NCBI GenBank assembly: GCA_027015275.1
Contig: JALWCU010000135.1
Location: 1-42,302 of the forward strand
DNA length: 42,302 nucleotides
Direction of reading: 5' to 3'
Origin: Bacteroidales bacterium
GTDB lineage: Bacteria > Bacteroidota > Bacteroidia > Bacteroidales > S143-33
In this document: piece after piece, positions 10,069 to 18,929 of the stretch
How the letters are laid out: every line of letters begins with the position of its first letter
Position numbering within the stretch: the first letter of the stretch is position 1
Notes under the pieces: model-generated
The model's input: the letters and a program-made list of their open reading frames with translations, nothing else
What the model was told of the DNA's origin: nothing
The model's database searches: none
Position numbers and translations under genes: made by a program

Positions 10069-11439
10069 TTAGCGCCTTTTTTTCTTCTTTTTCTTTTTTT
10101 TGTGGATAGCTGGCATTGTAGCAGTAGCCTTTGTGGGTCGAGCGCCTGGTTGGTTAGCTGTAACGGTGCGCATCATTTTGCGCATTTCCAGAAATTGTTT
10201 TAGCAGGTTGTTAACTTCCTGGACCGATGTTCCGCTACCCGAGGCTATTCTTTTTTTGCGGCTGCCGTTGAGCAAAGTAGGGTTGTTTCGCTCTTCGGGT
10301 GTCATTGATAAGATTATTGCTTCGATGTGCTTGAGCGAGTCGTCGTCAATATCCAGGTCTTTGACTTGCTTACCCAGACCTGGTATCATGCTTATCAGGT
10401 CTTTGAGATTTCCCATTTTTTTGATTTGGTGAATCTGCTTGAGGAAATCTTCAAAGTCAAATTTGTTTTGTAATATTTTTTTCTGAAGGCGGCGAGCTTC
10501 TTCTTCTGTTATTTGTTCCTGTGCTTTCTCTACCAGTGTTTTGATATCGCCCATGCCCAGGATACGCTCAGCCATTCGGTCTGGGTAGAAGTAGTCGATT
10601 GCATCGACTTTTTCGCCTGTACCGACGAATTTAATAGGTTTTTTGACAACGTATTTAATAGTCAGGGCTGCACCGCCACGTGTATCGCCGTCAAGTTTTG
10701 TCAGCACAACGCCGTCGAAATCGAGTACATCGTTAAATTCTTTAGCGGTGTTAACCGCATCCTGACCAGTCATTGCATCGACAACAAACAGTGTTTCCGA
10801 TGGATTGATGGCTTTTTTAATTCTTGAAATTTCATCCATCATTTCCTGGTCAATTGCCAGACGGCCAGCTGTGTCTATGATAACAGTGTCCAGACCGTTT
10901 TGTTTGGCGAATTTTATGGCGTTTTGTGCTATTTTGACAGGATCTTTGTTATCCTCTTCGCTATAGACAGGTACTTGGATTTGCTCGCCCAGGACTTTTA
11001 TCTGTTCGATAGCAGCGGGTCGGTATATGTCGCATGCCACGAGTAGAGGCTTGCGGTTATGTTTTTTTCTGAGAAAATTGGCAAGCTTAGCTGCCAAAGT
11101 TGTTTTACCAGAGCCCTGAAGACCAGAGAGAAGTATAACAGCTGGGTCGCCCTTGAGATTAATGTCTATTTTTTCCTTGCCCATCAGGTCAATCAATTCG
11201 TCATAGACGATTTTGACCATCATCTGGCGAGGGTTTACAGCTTTGATAACTTCCTGTCCAAGAGCTTTTTCCTTTACTTTATTGGTAAATTCCTTGGCTA
11301 TTTTGTAATGAACGTCTGCATCGACAAGGGCACGGCGTATTTCTTTTATTGCTTCTGCAACATTGATTTCCGAAATTTTGTGTTGCCCTGTAAAGATTTT
11401 AAACGCCTGATCAAGTCTATCCTGTAAGTTTTCGAACAT
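10069..11439 (-). CDS. ffh: Signal recognition particle protein Ffh
   Basis: GLQGSGKTT, DIYRPAA, DTAGR, TKLDGDTRGGAAL, RILGMGD, M-domain SMTPEER/SRKKRIASGSG. Confidence 0.98.
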   Translation of the reverse strand: MFENLQDRLDQAFKIFTGQHKISEINVAEAIKEIRRALVDADVHYKIAKEFTNKVKEKALGQEVIKAVNPRQMMVKIVYDELIDLMGKEKIDINLKGDPAVILLSGLQGSGKTTLAAKLANFLRKKHNRKPLLVACDIYRPAAIEQIKVLGEQIQVPVYSEEDNKDPVKIAQNAIKFAKQNGLDTVIIDTAGRLAIDQEMMDEISRIKKAINPSETLFVVDAMTGQDAVNTAKEFNDVLDFDGVVLTKLDGDTRGGAALTIKYVVKKPIKFVGTGEKVDAIDYFYPDRMAERILGMGDIKTLVEKAQEQITEEEARRLQKKILQNKFDFEDFLKQIHQIKKMGNLKDLISMIPGLGKQVKDLDIDDDSLKHIEAIILSMTPEERNNPTLLNGSRKKRIASGSGTSVQEVNNLLKQFLEMRKMMRTVTANQPGARPTKATATMPAIHKKKKKKKKRR

Positions 11440-11467
11440 AGCGAAGTCGTTTTGTTATTGAGCTTTG

Positions 11468-11475
11468 CAAAGGTA
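11468..11475 (-). promoter_or_regulatory. Bacteroidota -7 promoter element for ffh
   Basis: TACCTTTG(CA) on the - strand, about 28 nt upstream of the ATG. Confidence 0.7.
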
Positions 11476-11489
11476 AAAAAATTATTTGA

Positions 11490-12296
11490 TTAGATTTTAC
11501 GTTTACCTACCGATGTGTTGCCAAATTTCATTGAAAGTCTGATTGCCTCGAATACCTTTTTTGTATAAAGAGGAAATTCGCTGCGCATTATCCAGTCAAA
11601 GTATCCTGGCTGTTGCTGGAATACATCTACGACTCTCTGTCCCTTGAATTTGCCAAAGTTTATTACTGGTTCGCCTTGATCATCGTAGACAATGTAGCCA
11701 GCCAGGTCTGCCTTATGTCCAATGTTATCGTAGGTGGAGAATTTGGCTAATTTTTCTACGTCATTTTCGAGTTGGTCAGAGTATTTTTCCAGTTGTTTTT
11801 TTAGCACTTCATAAGTGGCGCGTGTATCTGCTTCTGCGCTGTGTGCGTCTTTGAGCTCGCTGCCCACGTAAAATTTATATGCTGCAGACAGATCGCGTTT
11901 TTCCATTTTGTGAAAAATGACTTGTACGTCTATCATATTGCGGTTTGTGGGGTCAAAGTTTATGCCTGCCCGCAAGAACTCCTCGGTCAGTAGAGGTATA
12001 TCAAAGCGGTTTGAGTTGAAGCCCGCAAGGTCGCAGTCCTTTATGAAATCAAAGATTTCCTGTGCTACTTGTGCAAAGGTTGGGGCATCCTTTACATCTT
12101 CGTTACTAATGCCTGTCAGTTGTGTTATTTCTTTGCTAATATGTTGCTCAGGGTTAATAAGATAGCCAAGGCCTTGTTCTTTGCCGTCTGGATAGATTTT
12201 GAGAATGTATATCTGAATAATACGGTCTTTGGTAACATTAACGCCAGTGGTCTCGAGGTCGAAAAATGCAATAGGTCGTTTGAGATTAAGTTTCAT
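11490..12296 (-). CDS. DEDDh 3'-5' exonuclease (DnaQ/Pol III epsilon-like)
   Basis: FFDLETTG, GFNSNRFDIPLL, HSAEAD motifs; C-terminal INFGKFKG..PGYFDWIM domain. Confidence 0.9.
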   Translation of the reverse strand: MKLNLKRPIAFFDLETTGVNVTKDRIIQIYILKIYPDGKEQGLGYLINPEQHISKEITQLTGISNEDVKDAPTFAQVAQEIFDFIKDCDLAGFNSNRFDIPLLTEEFLRAGINFDPTNRNMIDVQVIFHKMEKRDLSAAYKFYVGSELKDAHSAEADTRATYEVLKKQLEKYSDQLENDVEKLAKFSTYDNIGHKADLAGYIVYDDQGEPVINFGKFKGQRVVDVFQQQPGYFDWIMRSEFPLYTKKVFEAIRLSMKFGNTSVGKRKI

Positions 12297-12324
12297 TAAA
12301 TTGTGTAAATTTTTCTGGTTTGTG

Positions 12325-12332
12325 CAAAGATA
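12325..12332 (-). promoter_or_regulatory. Bacteroidota -7 promoter element for the exonuclease gene
   Basis: TATCTTTG(CA) on the - strand, about 28 nt upstream of the ATG. Confidence 0.7.
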
Positions 12333-12370
12333 AAAAAATTATGCTGGATTCCTTAGACTATATAACAATA

Positions 12371-12429
12371 ATAAAAATAGGCTCAGTGTCGGTATAAAGG
12401 CATTTTGATTAAGCATGGACACTGAGCCT
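12371..12429 (-). terminator. Probable intrinsic terminator with unusually long loop
   Basis: Perfect 12-bp inverted repeat AGGCTCAGTGTC (12379-12390)/GACACTGAGCCT (12418-12429), 27-nt loop, followed on - by ATTTTTATT; 39 nt past the lipoprotein stop. Confidence 0.6.
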
Positions 12430-12468
12430 GACAACGATTTTAGAAATTTGCGTCAGACCTGGTTTAGA

Positions 12469-13032
12469 TTATTGGTTTTGCTGTTCGAGCAGTCGGAAGC
12501 TTTTGATAAAATCTTGTCCTTTGGTATCTATTATCTGGTCTCCGTTCTCTCCCTGTGCCATTGCTGCAATGACATAGACGTGTGTCCCAGAGGCTACACC
12601 TTGGATAACAGCGTGAAGATTGCTGCTCAGATCCTGCCCTACAACGTAATAACTTGGTTTGTTGTCAAAGTTGTTTTCTTTTTCTTCGACTATTGTAAGC
12701 TTTAGATTTTGCGCGGTTTGCATTACTTGCTTTTTAATGGCTTCTGAAGCATTTACCTGGTCTTTGTACTTATCAGGATAGATATTTACGTAAACTAGGT
12801 AAGCTTCTGTTCCTTGATCGTCACCAATGGCAACAGCAGTAACGTCTCCAATATTAGTTGGCACTACAGATTCTTGCTTTTTGGGTGGGTTGTCGAATTT
12901 TATTGCAAATCCATAGTCTTTGTAAACATATTCCTGTGGACCGGTTTGTTTTGTCTTTGTGGCTTTGTCTTTTTTACAGCCATAGCCCATTATCAACACG
13001 AGACTTATCAGCAAAAGACTTATTCTTTTCAT
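12469..13032 (-). CDS. Hypothetical lipoprotein (possible PsbP/DcrB-like fold)
   Basis: Signal peptide II MKRISLLLISLVLIMGYG-C-KKDK; C-terminal DFIKSFRLL. Confidence 0.7.
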   Translation of the reverse strand: MKRISLLLISLVLIMGYGCKKDKATKTKQTGPQEYVYKDYGFAIKFDNPPKKQESVVPTNIGDVTAVAIGDDQGTEAYLVYVNIYPDKYKDQVNASEAIKKQVMQTAQNLKLTIVEEKENNFDNKPSYYVVGQDLSSNLHAVIQGVASGTHVYVIAAMAQGENGDQIIDTKGQDFIKSFRLLEQQNQ

Positions 13033-13058
13033 AGCTTTCAGAATTTTAAATTTTATAA

Positions 13059-13066
13059 CAAATTTA
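13059..13066 (-). promoter_or_regulatory. Bacteroidota -7 promoter element for the lipoprotein gene
   Basis: TAAATTTG on the - strand, about 26 nt upstream of the ATG. Confidence 0.55.
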
Positions 13067-13144
13067 ATGTTTCCTTTACAAAAAAGAATTAATTTTGATT
13101 TGCGAACTAATAATTTTTATATTAGAAACAAAAAAAGTATGCTT

Positions 13145-14392
13145 ATGAGAAAGGTAATGTTAATCTTAAGCTTTCTGGCTGGTGTCTTATCATTGAAGGC
13201 TCAGGATACGGCGTCTATTCGCCAAAAGGCAGTCAAGGTTTTTATTGACTGTCAGGGGTTCTGTGATTTGCAGTATATCAAGGATCATATCAGACTTGTC
13301 AATTATGTTCGTGATGCTTATGAATCAGATGTTTATGTGCTGATAGTCAGCGAGGAAGCTGGTAATAATGGAGAGCGTTACACATTGATTTTCGAAGGTC
13401 AAAATCGTTTCAAGGGGCGGAATGACACACTCAAGTTTTATACAAAGTCTGATGAAACGGACGATGAGATACGCTCAGATATGGTCAAGTACCTTAAGAT
13501 CGGTTTGACATGGTATGTTGCCCACAGCCCTTTGGTTGATTATTTGTCAGTAGGCGAAAATTTACCGAAAAAAACTGAGAAAAAGGTTGTTTCGACCAAA
13601 TGGAATAACTGGATATTCAAGCTCAGTGCAAATGGCTGGGGTTCGGGGGAGAGCTCTGTGAAAAATTCACATTTTGGTACAAGTTTTTCAGCCTCACGCA
13701 TTACCAATGAATGGATAATGGATTTTAGCATACGGGGAAGCTGGGATTTTTCTTCTTACAAAATAACAGATAATTACACTTATCACGGTAAAACAGTTAG
13801 TAACTCATTTAATTCATTGATAGTCAAGAGTATATCTGATCACTGGTCTGTTGGTGCCCAGACAAATGTTGATCATTCCACATACAGAAATATAAATTTC
13901 GGTATTGACTTTAAGCCAGCTGTGGAATATAATATTTTCCCATATAGCGAGTCAACGGTTCATCAGATGAGAATTCTCTATGCCATTGGTCCTGAATATT
14001 ACAGTTATATTGATACCACAATTTTTGACAAAACAAAGGAATTGCTTTTCCGTCAGAAGTTGTCAATCGCTTATGAAGTGGTTAAAAAGTGGGGTAATAT
14101 AGATCTTTCGCTTAATGGCAAGACTTATTTACATGATTTTTCGAAGAACAGTTTATCATTTTCAACAAGTGTGAATGTACGTGTTTTCAAGGGTTTTTCT
14201 GTATATACCTCTGGGAGCATTGGACTTGTTCATGATCAATTATTTTTACCAAAGCAGGGAGCATCTATTGAAGAGATTCTCACACGCCAGCAAGCCCTTG
14301 CCACCCAATACAGTTATTTCTTCTCTGCAGGAATCAGTTACACATTTGGTGATATCTTCAATAATGTGGTTAATCCACGTTTTGGTAACTGA
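13145..14392 (+). CDS. Hypothetical outer-membrane beta-barrel protein with N-terminal CxxxC-containing domain
   Basis: Sec signal MRKVMLILSFLAGVLSLKA-Q (start ATG 13145, alternatively 13139); alternating amphipathic beta strands in the C-terminal two thirds; ends ISYTFGDIFNNVVNPRFGN. Confidence 0.7.
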   Translation: MRKVMLILSFLAGVLSLKAQDTASIRQKAVKVFIDCQGFCDLQYIKDHIRLVNYVRDAYESDVYVLIVSEEAGNNGERYTLIFEGQNRFKGRNDTLKFYTKSDETDDEIRSDMVKYLKIGLTWYVAHSPLVDYLSVGENLPKKTEKKVVSTKWNNWIFKLSANGWGSGESSVKNSHFGTSFSASRITNEWIMDFSIRGSWDFSSYKITDNYTYHGKTVSNSFNSLIVKSISDHWSVGAQTNVDHSTYRNINFGIDFKPAVEYNIFPYSESTVHQMRILYAIGPEYYSYIDTTIFDKTKELLFRQKLSIAYEVVKKWGNIDLSLNGKTYLHDFSKNSLSFSTSVNVRVFKGFSVYTSGSIGLVHDQLFLPKQGASIEEILTRQQALATQYSYFFSAGISYTFGDIFNNVVNPRFGN

Positions 14393-14434
14393 GGTTATTT
14401 GATGATAAGCTATTAATGTATGCGTCTGAATAAC

Positions 14435-14475
14435 AACAAAAAAACCGCTGGAACTAAGCCAGCGGTTTTTTTGTT
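14435..14475. terminator. Bidirectional intrinsic terminator
   Basis: AACAAAAAAACCGCTGG-AACTAAG-CCAGCGGTTTTTTTGTT between the convergent OM-protein and gdhA genes. Confidence 0.9.
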
Positions 14476-14499
14476 AGATATGTATGATTGTATGCTTTC

Positions 14500-15840
14500 T
14501 TAGACAAGACCCTGTGCGAGCATAGCATCTGCGACCTTGACAAAGCCACCGATATTTGCGCCTTTGACATAGTTGATATAGCCATCAGGCTCAGTACCGT
14601 AAGTAACACAAGTATTGTGAATGCGGTTCATAATCTGATGAAGCATTTTATCGACTTCTTCTGGTGTCCATTGCAGGCGCATGGAGTTTTGGGTCATTTC
14701 GAGTCCAGAGACAGCAACACCGCCAGCATTTGCAGCCTTGCCAGGAGCAAATGGTATCTTGGCATCCTGGAAAGCATTAATTGCATCAATAGTACAAGGC
14801 ATGTTAGCACCTTCGATAACAGCCATAACTCCATTGTTAATAAGCTGGTGAGCATCATCAACATTTAGTTCGTTCTGGATAGCGCAAGGGAAAGCAATGT
14901 CAACTTTCTGTTCCCATGGTTTGCGGCCGGGGAAGAACTCTACGTCAAATTCCTCTGCATAAGGTTGTACGACATCTTGGTTAGAAGCGCGAAGCTCGAG
15001 CATGTACTCTATTTTTTCACCGCTAATGCCATCTGGATCGTAAACATAACCGTCAGGTCCTGAGATAGTAACGACTTTTCCACCCAGCTGGTTGACTTTC
15101 TTTACTACGCCCCATGCTACATTGCCGAATCCGCTGACAGCCACTGTTTTGCCTTTGATGCTTTCGCCAAGACGGTTTAGCAAAGCTTCAGCAAAGTAAA
15201 CAATGCCATAACCAGTAGCTTCTGGACGCAGATAACTTCCGCCCCATTCAATTCCTTTACCTGTCAGTACGCCGGTAAATTCATTTTTCAGTTTTTTGTA
15301 CATACCGAAAAGGTATCCAATTTCACGGCCGCCAACGCCGATGTCCCCTGCAGGTACATCTGTATTCGGTCCTATGTGGCGGTACAGTTCGGTCATGAAT
15401 GCCTGGCAGAAGCGCATAATCTCTGCGTCTGATTTGCCTTTGGGGTTGAAATCAGAGCCACCTTTACCGCCGCCCATAGGCAAGGTAGTCAGACTATTCT
15501 TGAAGATTTGTTCGAATCCCAAGAATTTAAGAGTGCTGAGGTTAACACTTGGGTGAAAGCGCAATCCGCCTTTATATGGACCCAGTGCGCTATTAAATTC
15601 TACACGGTATCCACGATTGATTTGAGTTTCGCCATTGTCATCAACCCAGGTAACTCGGAATTCGATAGCACGTTCTGGCTCTACCAGACGTTCTAAAATT
15701 TTAGCTTCCTTGTACTTAGGGTTCTCTTCGATAAAGGGAATGAGTGTCGAAGCTACTTCTTGTACTGCCTGGAGAAATTCCTTTTCGCCAGCATTACGGG
15801 ATGATACCCAGTTCATGAATTGTTCAAGTTGTGAATTCAT
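14500..15840 (-). CDS. gdhA: Glutamate dehydrogenase (GdhA-type, NAD(P)-dependent)
   Basis: GPYKGGLRFHPSVN, GGGKGGSDF, DVPAGDIGVGGRE, RPEATGYG, SGFGNVA, KAANAGGVAVSGLEM. Confidence 0.97.
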   Translation of the reverse strand: MNSQLEQFMNWVSSRNAGEKEFLQAVQEVASTLIPFIEENPKYKEAKILERLVEPERAIEFRVTWVDDNGETQINRGYRVEFNSALGPYKGGLRFHPSVNLSTLKFLGFEQIFKNSLTTLPMGGGKGGSDFNPKGKSDAEIMRFCQAFMTELYRHIGPNTDVPAGDIGVGGREIGYLFGMYKKLKNEFTGVLTGKGIEWGGSYLRPEATGYGIVYFAEALLNRLGESIKGKTVAVSGFGNVAWGVVKKVNQLGGKVVTISGPDGYVYDPDGISGEKIEYMLELRASNQDVVQPYAEEFDVEFFPGRKPWEQKVDIAFPCAIQNELNVDDAHQLINNGVMAVIEGANMPCTIDAINAFQDAKIPFAPGKAANAGGVAVSGLEMTQNSMRLQWTPEEVDKMLHQIMNRIHNTCVTYGTEPDGYINYVKGANIGGFVKVADAMLAQGLV

Positions 15841-15908
15841 TGTTTTGGAGTTTGTATTTAAGTTTGTTGTGCAAAGAAAAAACGTTTTTTTTGAAAAAAA
15901 ACATGATG

Positions 15909-17687
15909 TTAGTCAGCTGAGAATCTGCTTAACAGCGACCTATATTTACTAAATAGGTTTGCTTTAGAAATAAATCCTACGTATCTATTTCCCTCATCGA
16001 CTACTACTATGTTGAATATCGCATGTTTTTGTAATTTTTCTGCAATGATGGCAGCGTTCTCGCCCATTTTGGCCACTACTGGCGGAATGAACATTATATC
16101 TTTGACTTTGATCCTGTCATAAAGTTCTGGCTTAAACATTATTTTTCGAATACGGTCTAAACTGACAATACCCAGAAAATGTCCGTCATAATCTACCACA
16201 GGGAACAGATTACGATGTGATACTGTAACTGCCTTGACCAGGTCGCCCAGAGACTGATCTGGGAAGACCATAACAAAGTCTTTTTCGAGCAAGTCTTCGA
16301 TATTCAAGATTCTTAGGATATTTTTGTCTGCATTATGAGTCAGCAGCTCACCACGTTGAGCTAATTGGTGGCTATAAACGTTATTTTGTATAAATAGTCT
16401 GGTTGTGATATAAGAGATTGTAGAAGTAACGAGCAGAGGGAAAAGTAGTTCATATCCATGTGTTATCTCGCTAATTAGGATAATTCCGGTCAAAGGCGCC
16501 AGCAAAACGCCTGAAATAGCTCCAGACATTGCTACAAGAGCAGAATTACTTGGCGAGATTTCATAGCCTAAAAAGTTGAATATTAATGCAGTAGCTAGGC
16601 CGATGTTGGCGCCTGTGAAAAGTGTAGGAGCAAATATACCGCCAATACCACCTGCGCCGAAGGTTGTTGATGTGGCCACGACTTTCAGCATTGCCAGTAG
16701 CAAAAGTAGGAAAATGATCATTCCGAAATGCCCCTGGAGGTGATAGAAAATACTATTGTTAAATAGGTAGCTATAATCACCATGCAGAGCTGAGTTTATA
16801 GTATAATAGCCTTCGCCGTATAGTGCTGGCAATAAGAAGATTAATACACCCAGTACCAGACCGCCAATAAGGAGACGCAGAGCTGGTGTCTTGAGATTAT
16901 GGAAGAATTTTTCGACAATAATATATACTTTGGTAAAATATACAGCCATAAAACCGGTTATTATGCCCAGAAGGATGAAGTACCATGTCTGACTCAGCTG
17001 AAAGGAGTCTTTTAGTTCAAAGGGATAAAGCACATTTGTACCCAGCAGAAGAAATGAAGTTAATGAGCCGGTTACAGATGCTAATAAAATAGGTATTATT
17101 GAATATGTGGTAAGGTCAATCATAATAACCTCGAGAGCAAAGACCACGCCTGCCATTGGGGCTTTGAAAATTGCGGACATTGCACCGGCCGAAGCTGCGC
17201 CCAGAAGTATGATTTTCTCGCGATAATTTATTTTGAAAATAGTCCCAAAAGTGGAGCCAATGCCCCCGCCTGTTGCAACAGTAGGACCCTCCAGACCTAC
17301 AGACCCACCAAATCCGACTGTCAGGGCACTGGTAATGATTGATGAGTATAGGTTATGTGGTTTCATGTATGCATGGTTCTTGGAAATAGCATACAAGATG
17401 GAAGGAATACCGTGGTCAACCTGCTGGCGAAGTATAAAAGCCATAAAGAAAACAGCCAGACCAATGCCAATCAAAGGATAAATTAAATGCAAATAATTTG
17501 TTAGATGTTCAGGTGCTCCCCTATCCAGATAATTTTCTATTAATCGTACTGCATGCTTTATTACCGCAGCTCCCAGGCCACTTAAAAAGCCTACCACTGT
17601 GCTCAAGATAACGAGTAAGTAATAATCGCTCTGTGTCCTAATACGCCATCGAACAAGGAATCTAAGCCATTTATTTGTCTCTTTCAT
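15909..17687 (-). CDS. CLC-family chloride channel/transporter with C-terminal CBS pair
   Basis: HGIP, GGSVGLEGP, FKAPMAGVVFALE, GGIFAP motifs; CBS domains (HRNLFPVVD, FNIVVVDE). Start ATG 17687 (ORF track uses TTG 17696). Confidence 0.92.
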   Translation of the reverse strand: MKETNKWLRFLVRWRIRTQSDYYLLVILSTVVGFLSGLGAAVIKHAVRLIENYLDRGAPEHLTNYLHLIYPLIGIGLAVFFMAFILRQQVDHGIPSILYAISKNHAYMKPHNLYSSIITSALTVGFGGSVGLEGPTVATGGGIGSTFGTIFKINYREKIILLGAASAGAMSAIFKAPMAGVVFALEVIMIDLTTYSIIPILLASVTGSLTSFLLLGTNVLYPFELKDSFQLSQTWYFILLGIITGFMAVYFTKVYIIVEKFFHNLKTPALRLLIGGLVLGVLIFLLPALYGEGYYTINSALHGDYSYLFNNSIFYHLQGHFGMIIFLLLLLAMLKVVATSTTFGAGGIGGIFAPTLFTGANIGLATALIFNFLGYEISPSNSALVAMSGAISGVLLAPLTGIILISEITHGYELLFPLLVTSTISYITTRLFIQNNVYSHQLAQRGELLTHNADKNILRILNIEDLLEKDFVMVFPDQSLGDLVKAVTVSHRNLFPVVDYDGHFLGIVSLDRIRKIMFKPELYDRIKVKDIMFIPPVVAKMGENAAIIAEKLQKHAIFNIVVVDEGNRYVGFISKANLFSKYRSLLSRFSAD

Positions 17688-17906
17688 TCTTTCCAAGCTT
17701 TTCTGAAATGGACTTGCAAATTTTGTAAAGCCTTTTTAAAAATCAAAGTTATTTTTTGTAAATGCTAAGGTTTTTTGCTAAAAATTTATTGATTTTTGGT
17801 TTAAGTCAAACTATTATAATATGTAACTATCTTAATATTGTAGGGTTATATATTACTTTATTGCAGGTCATTCATAAATCGAGTAGTTGTAAAACATTAC
17901 TATAAT

Positions 17907-18021
17907 TACTGGGCTGTCGGTCTGAGGTAGAGTTGCCATGCTGTAGTTCTTGGAAGTTTTGTATTTCAAATTCAATTTGTCTTTAAAATCTGGGAGACTA
18001 AACCTCGCCGGCAGCCCAGTA
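17907..18021 (+). ncRNA. Candidate structured RNA or miniature inverted-repeat element (115 nt), family unknown
   Basis: TACTGGGCTGTCGG (17907-17920) pairs with CCGGCAGCCCAGTA (18008-18021); the stem continues GAGGT/ACCTC, AGTT/GACT and CCA/TGG; three G-U wobbles work only on the + strand. Confidence 0.4.
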
Positions 18022-18042
18022 GATATGCTTTTGTTGTGCTGT

Positions 18043-18864
18043 TTATTGGAGAATCACAGGCAGTCCATTCTTGGGATTTCCTATGATAACAATTTTGGCG
18101 TTTTGTGATTTTGCCAGTTCTAATGTAGCTTGTATGCTCTCATAAGTTAGCACTTTGTCTGTCATCGAGGAATTGATTATTTTATTGTATTCTGAGATAC
18201 CTTGAGCCTGGATGATTTTACGTTGTTTTTCTTTTGTCTCTTTTTCTACGATATAATCGTAAGCAAGGGCTTCTTGCTGTTTTGTGAGTTTAAGTTCAAT
18301 GGCTTTTTTGAGCTGATCTGGGATTTTTATAGAACGAATGAGCAGTGCTGTCATGCGGATGTAATTTTTCCTGAGTACACTGTCGGTCTGCTTAATTATT
18401 TGTTGCTCAACTTTCTGTCTTTCTGTGGAATATATCTCTTCGGCGCTATACATGCCCATGACTTGACGTACAGCGGCGCGCACTTCTGGGACAACGAGTT
18501 TATTAACATAGTTTTTGCCAAATTGCTCATGGATGTAACCTATTTTGTCATACATAGGATAGAATCGCACAGTTACGTCAACATGAATGGTAAGACCGTT
18601 TTTGTCCAATACGTCCAGTGTGTTATTATCTGTAAAATCAATGGTTTGTTCGCGCACATCATAAATGTACATTTGATTCCATGGTGCTATGATATGTACA
18701 CCTTCTGAATAAATATGTTTTTTGTCCAGACCTGTAGTCCAAGGACGGAACATGACGCCGCGCTCACCAGGCTGGATTGTTATGATACTCGAGAAAAGTA
18801 CAATAAGTACAATAATGCCGACTATACCAATAAGAATTAAGATTGTTGTAAGTTTTTTCTTCAT
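18043..18864 (-). CDS. SPFH/prohibitin (Band 7) family membrane protein
   Basis: N-terminal TM, IQPGERGVMF, EGVHIIAPWN, AEEIYST, AIELKL..QEA, IIQAQG, KIVIIG..GLPVIL. Confidence 0.92.
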   Translation of the reverse strand: MKKKLTTILILIGIVGIIVLIVLFSSIITIQPGERGVMFRPWTTGLDKKHIYSEGVHIIAPWNQMYIYDVREQTIDFTDNNTLDVLDKNGLTIHVDVTVRFYPMYDKIGYIHEQFGKNYVNKLVVPEVRAAVRQVMGMYSAEEIYSTERQKVEQQIIKQTDSVLRKNYIRMTALLIRSIKIPDQLKKAIELKLTKQQEALAYDYIVEKETKEKQRKIIQAQGISEYNKIINSSMTDKVLTYESIQATLELAKSQNAKIVIIGNPKNGLPVILQ

Positions 18865-18915
18865 AGTTCTGTGATTTTTTTAATTTTAGTGTGATTTAAG
18901 ATAAGAAAATTATTC

Positions 18916-18923
18916 CAAATATA
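18916..18923 (-). promoter_or_regulatory. Bacteroidota -7 element for the SPFH gene
   Basis: TATATTTG on the - strand within the 65-bp divergent gap. Confidence 0.45.
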
Positions 18924-18929
18924 CTATAA

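Noticed and set aside
14488..15952. Several + strand ORFs antisense to gdhA
   Set aside because: Typical shadow frames of a codon-biased, highly expressed gene
17688..17900. Fluoride riboswitch upstream of the CLC gene
   Set aside because: No GAUGG..GCUGAUGAC-type motif; the protein has GLEGP/GGIFAP rather than the CLC-F GREGT/GEVTP signatures
17907..18021. SRP 4.5S RNA or tRNA identity for the fold-back (ffh is nearby)
   Set aside because: Lacks the conserved CAGG..GNRA..AGCAG domain on both strands and has no cloverleaf or TTCGA motif
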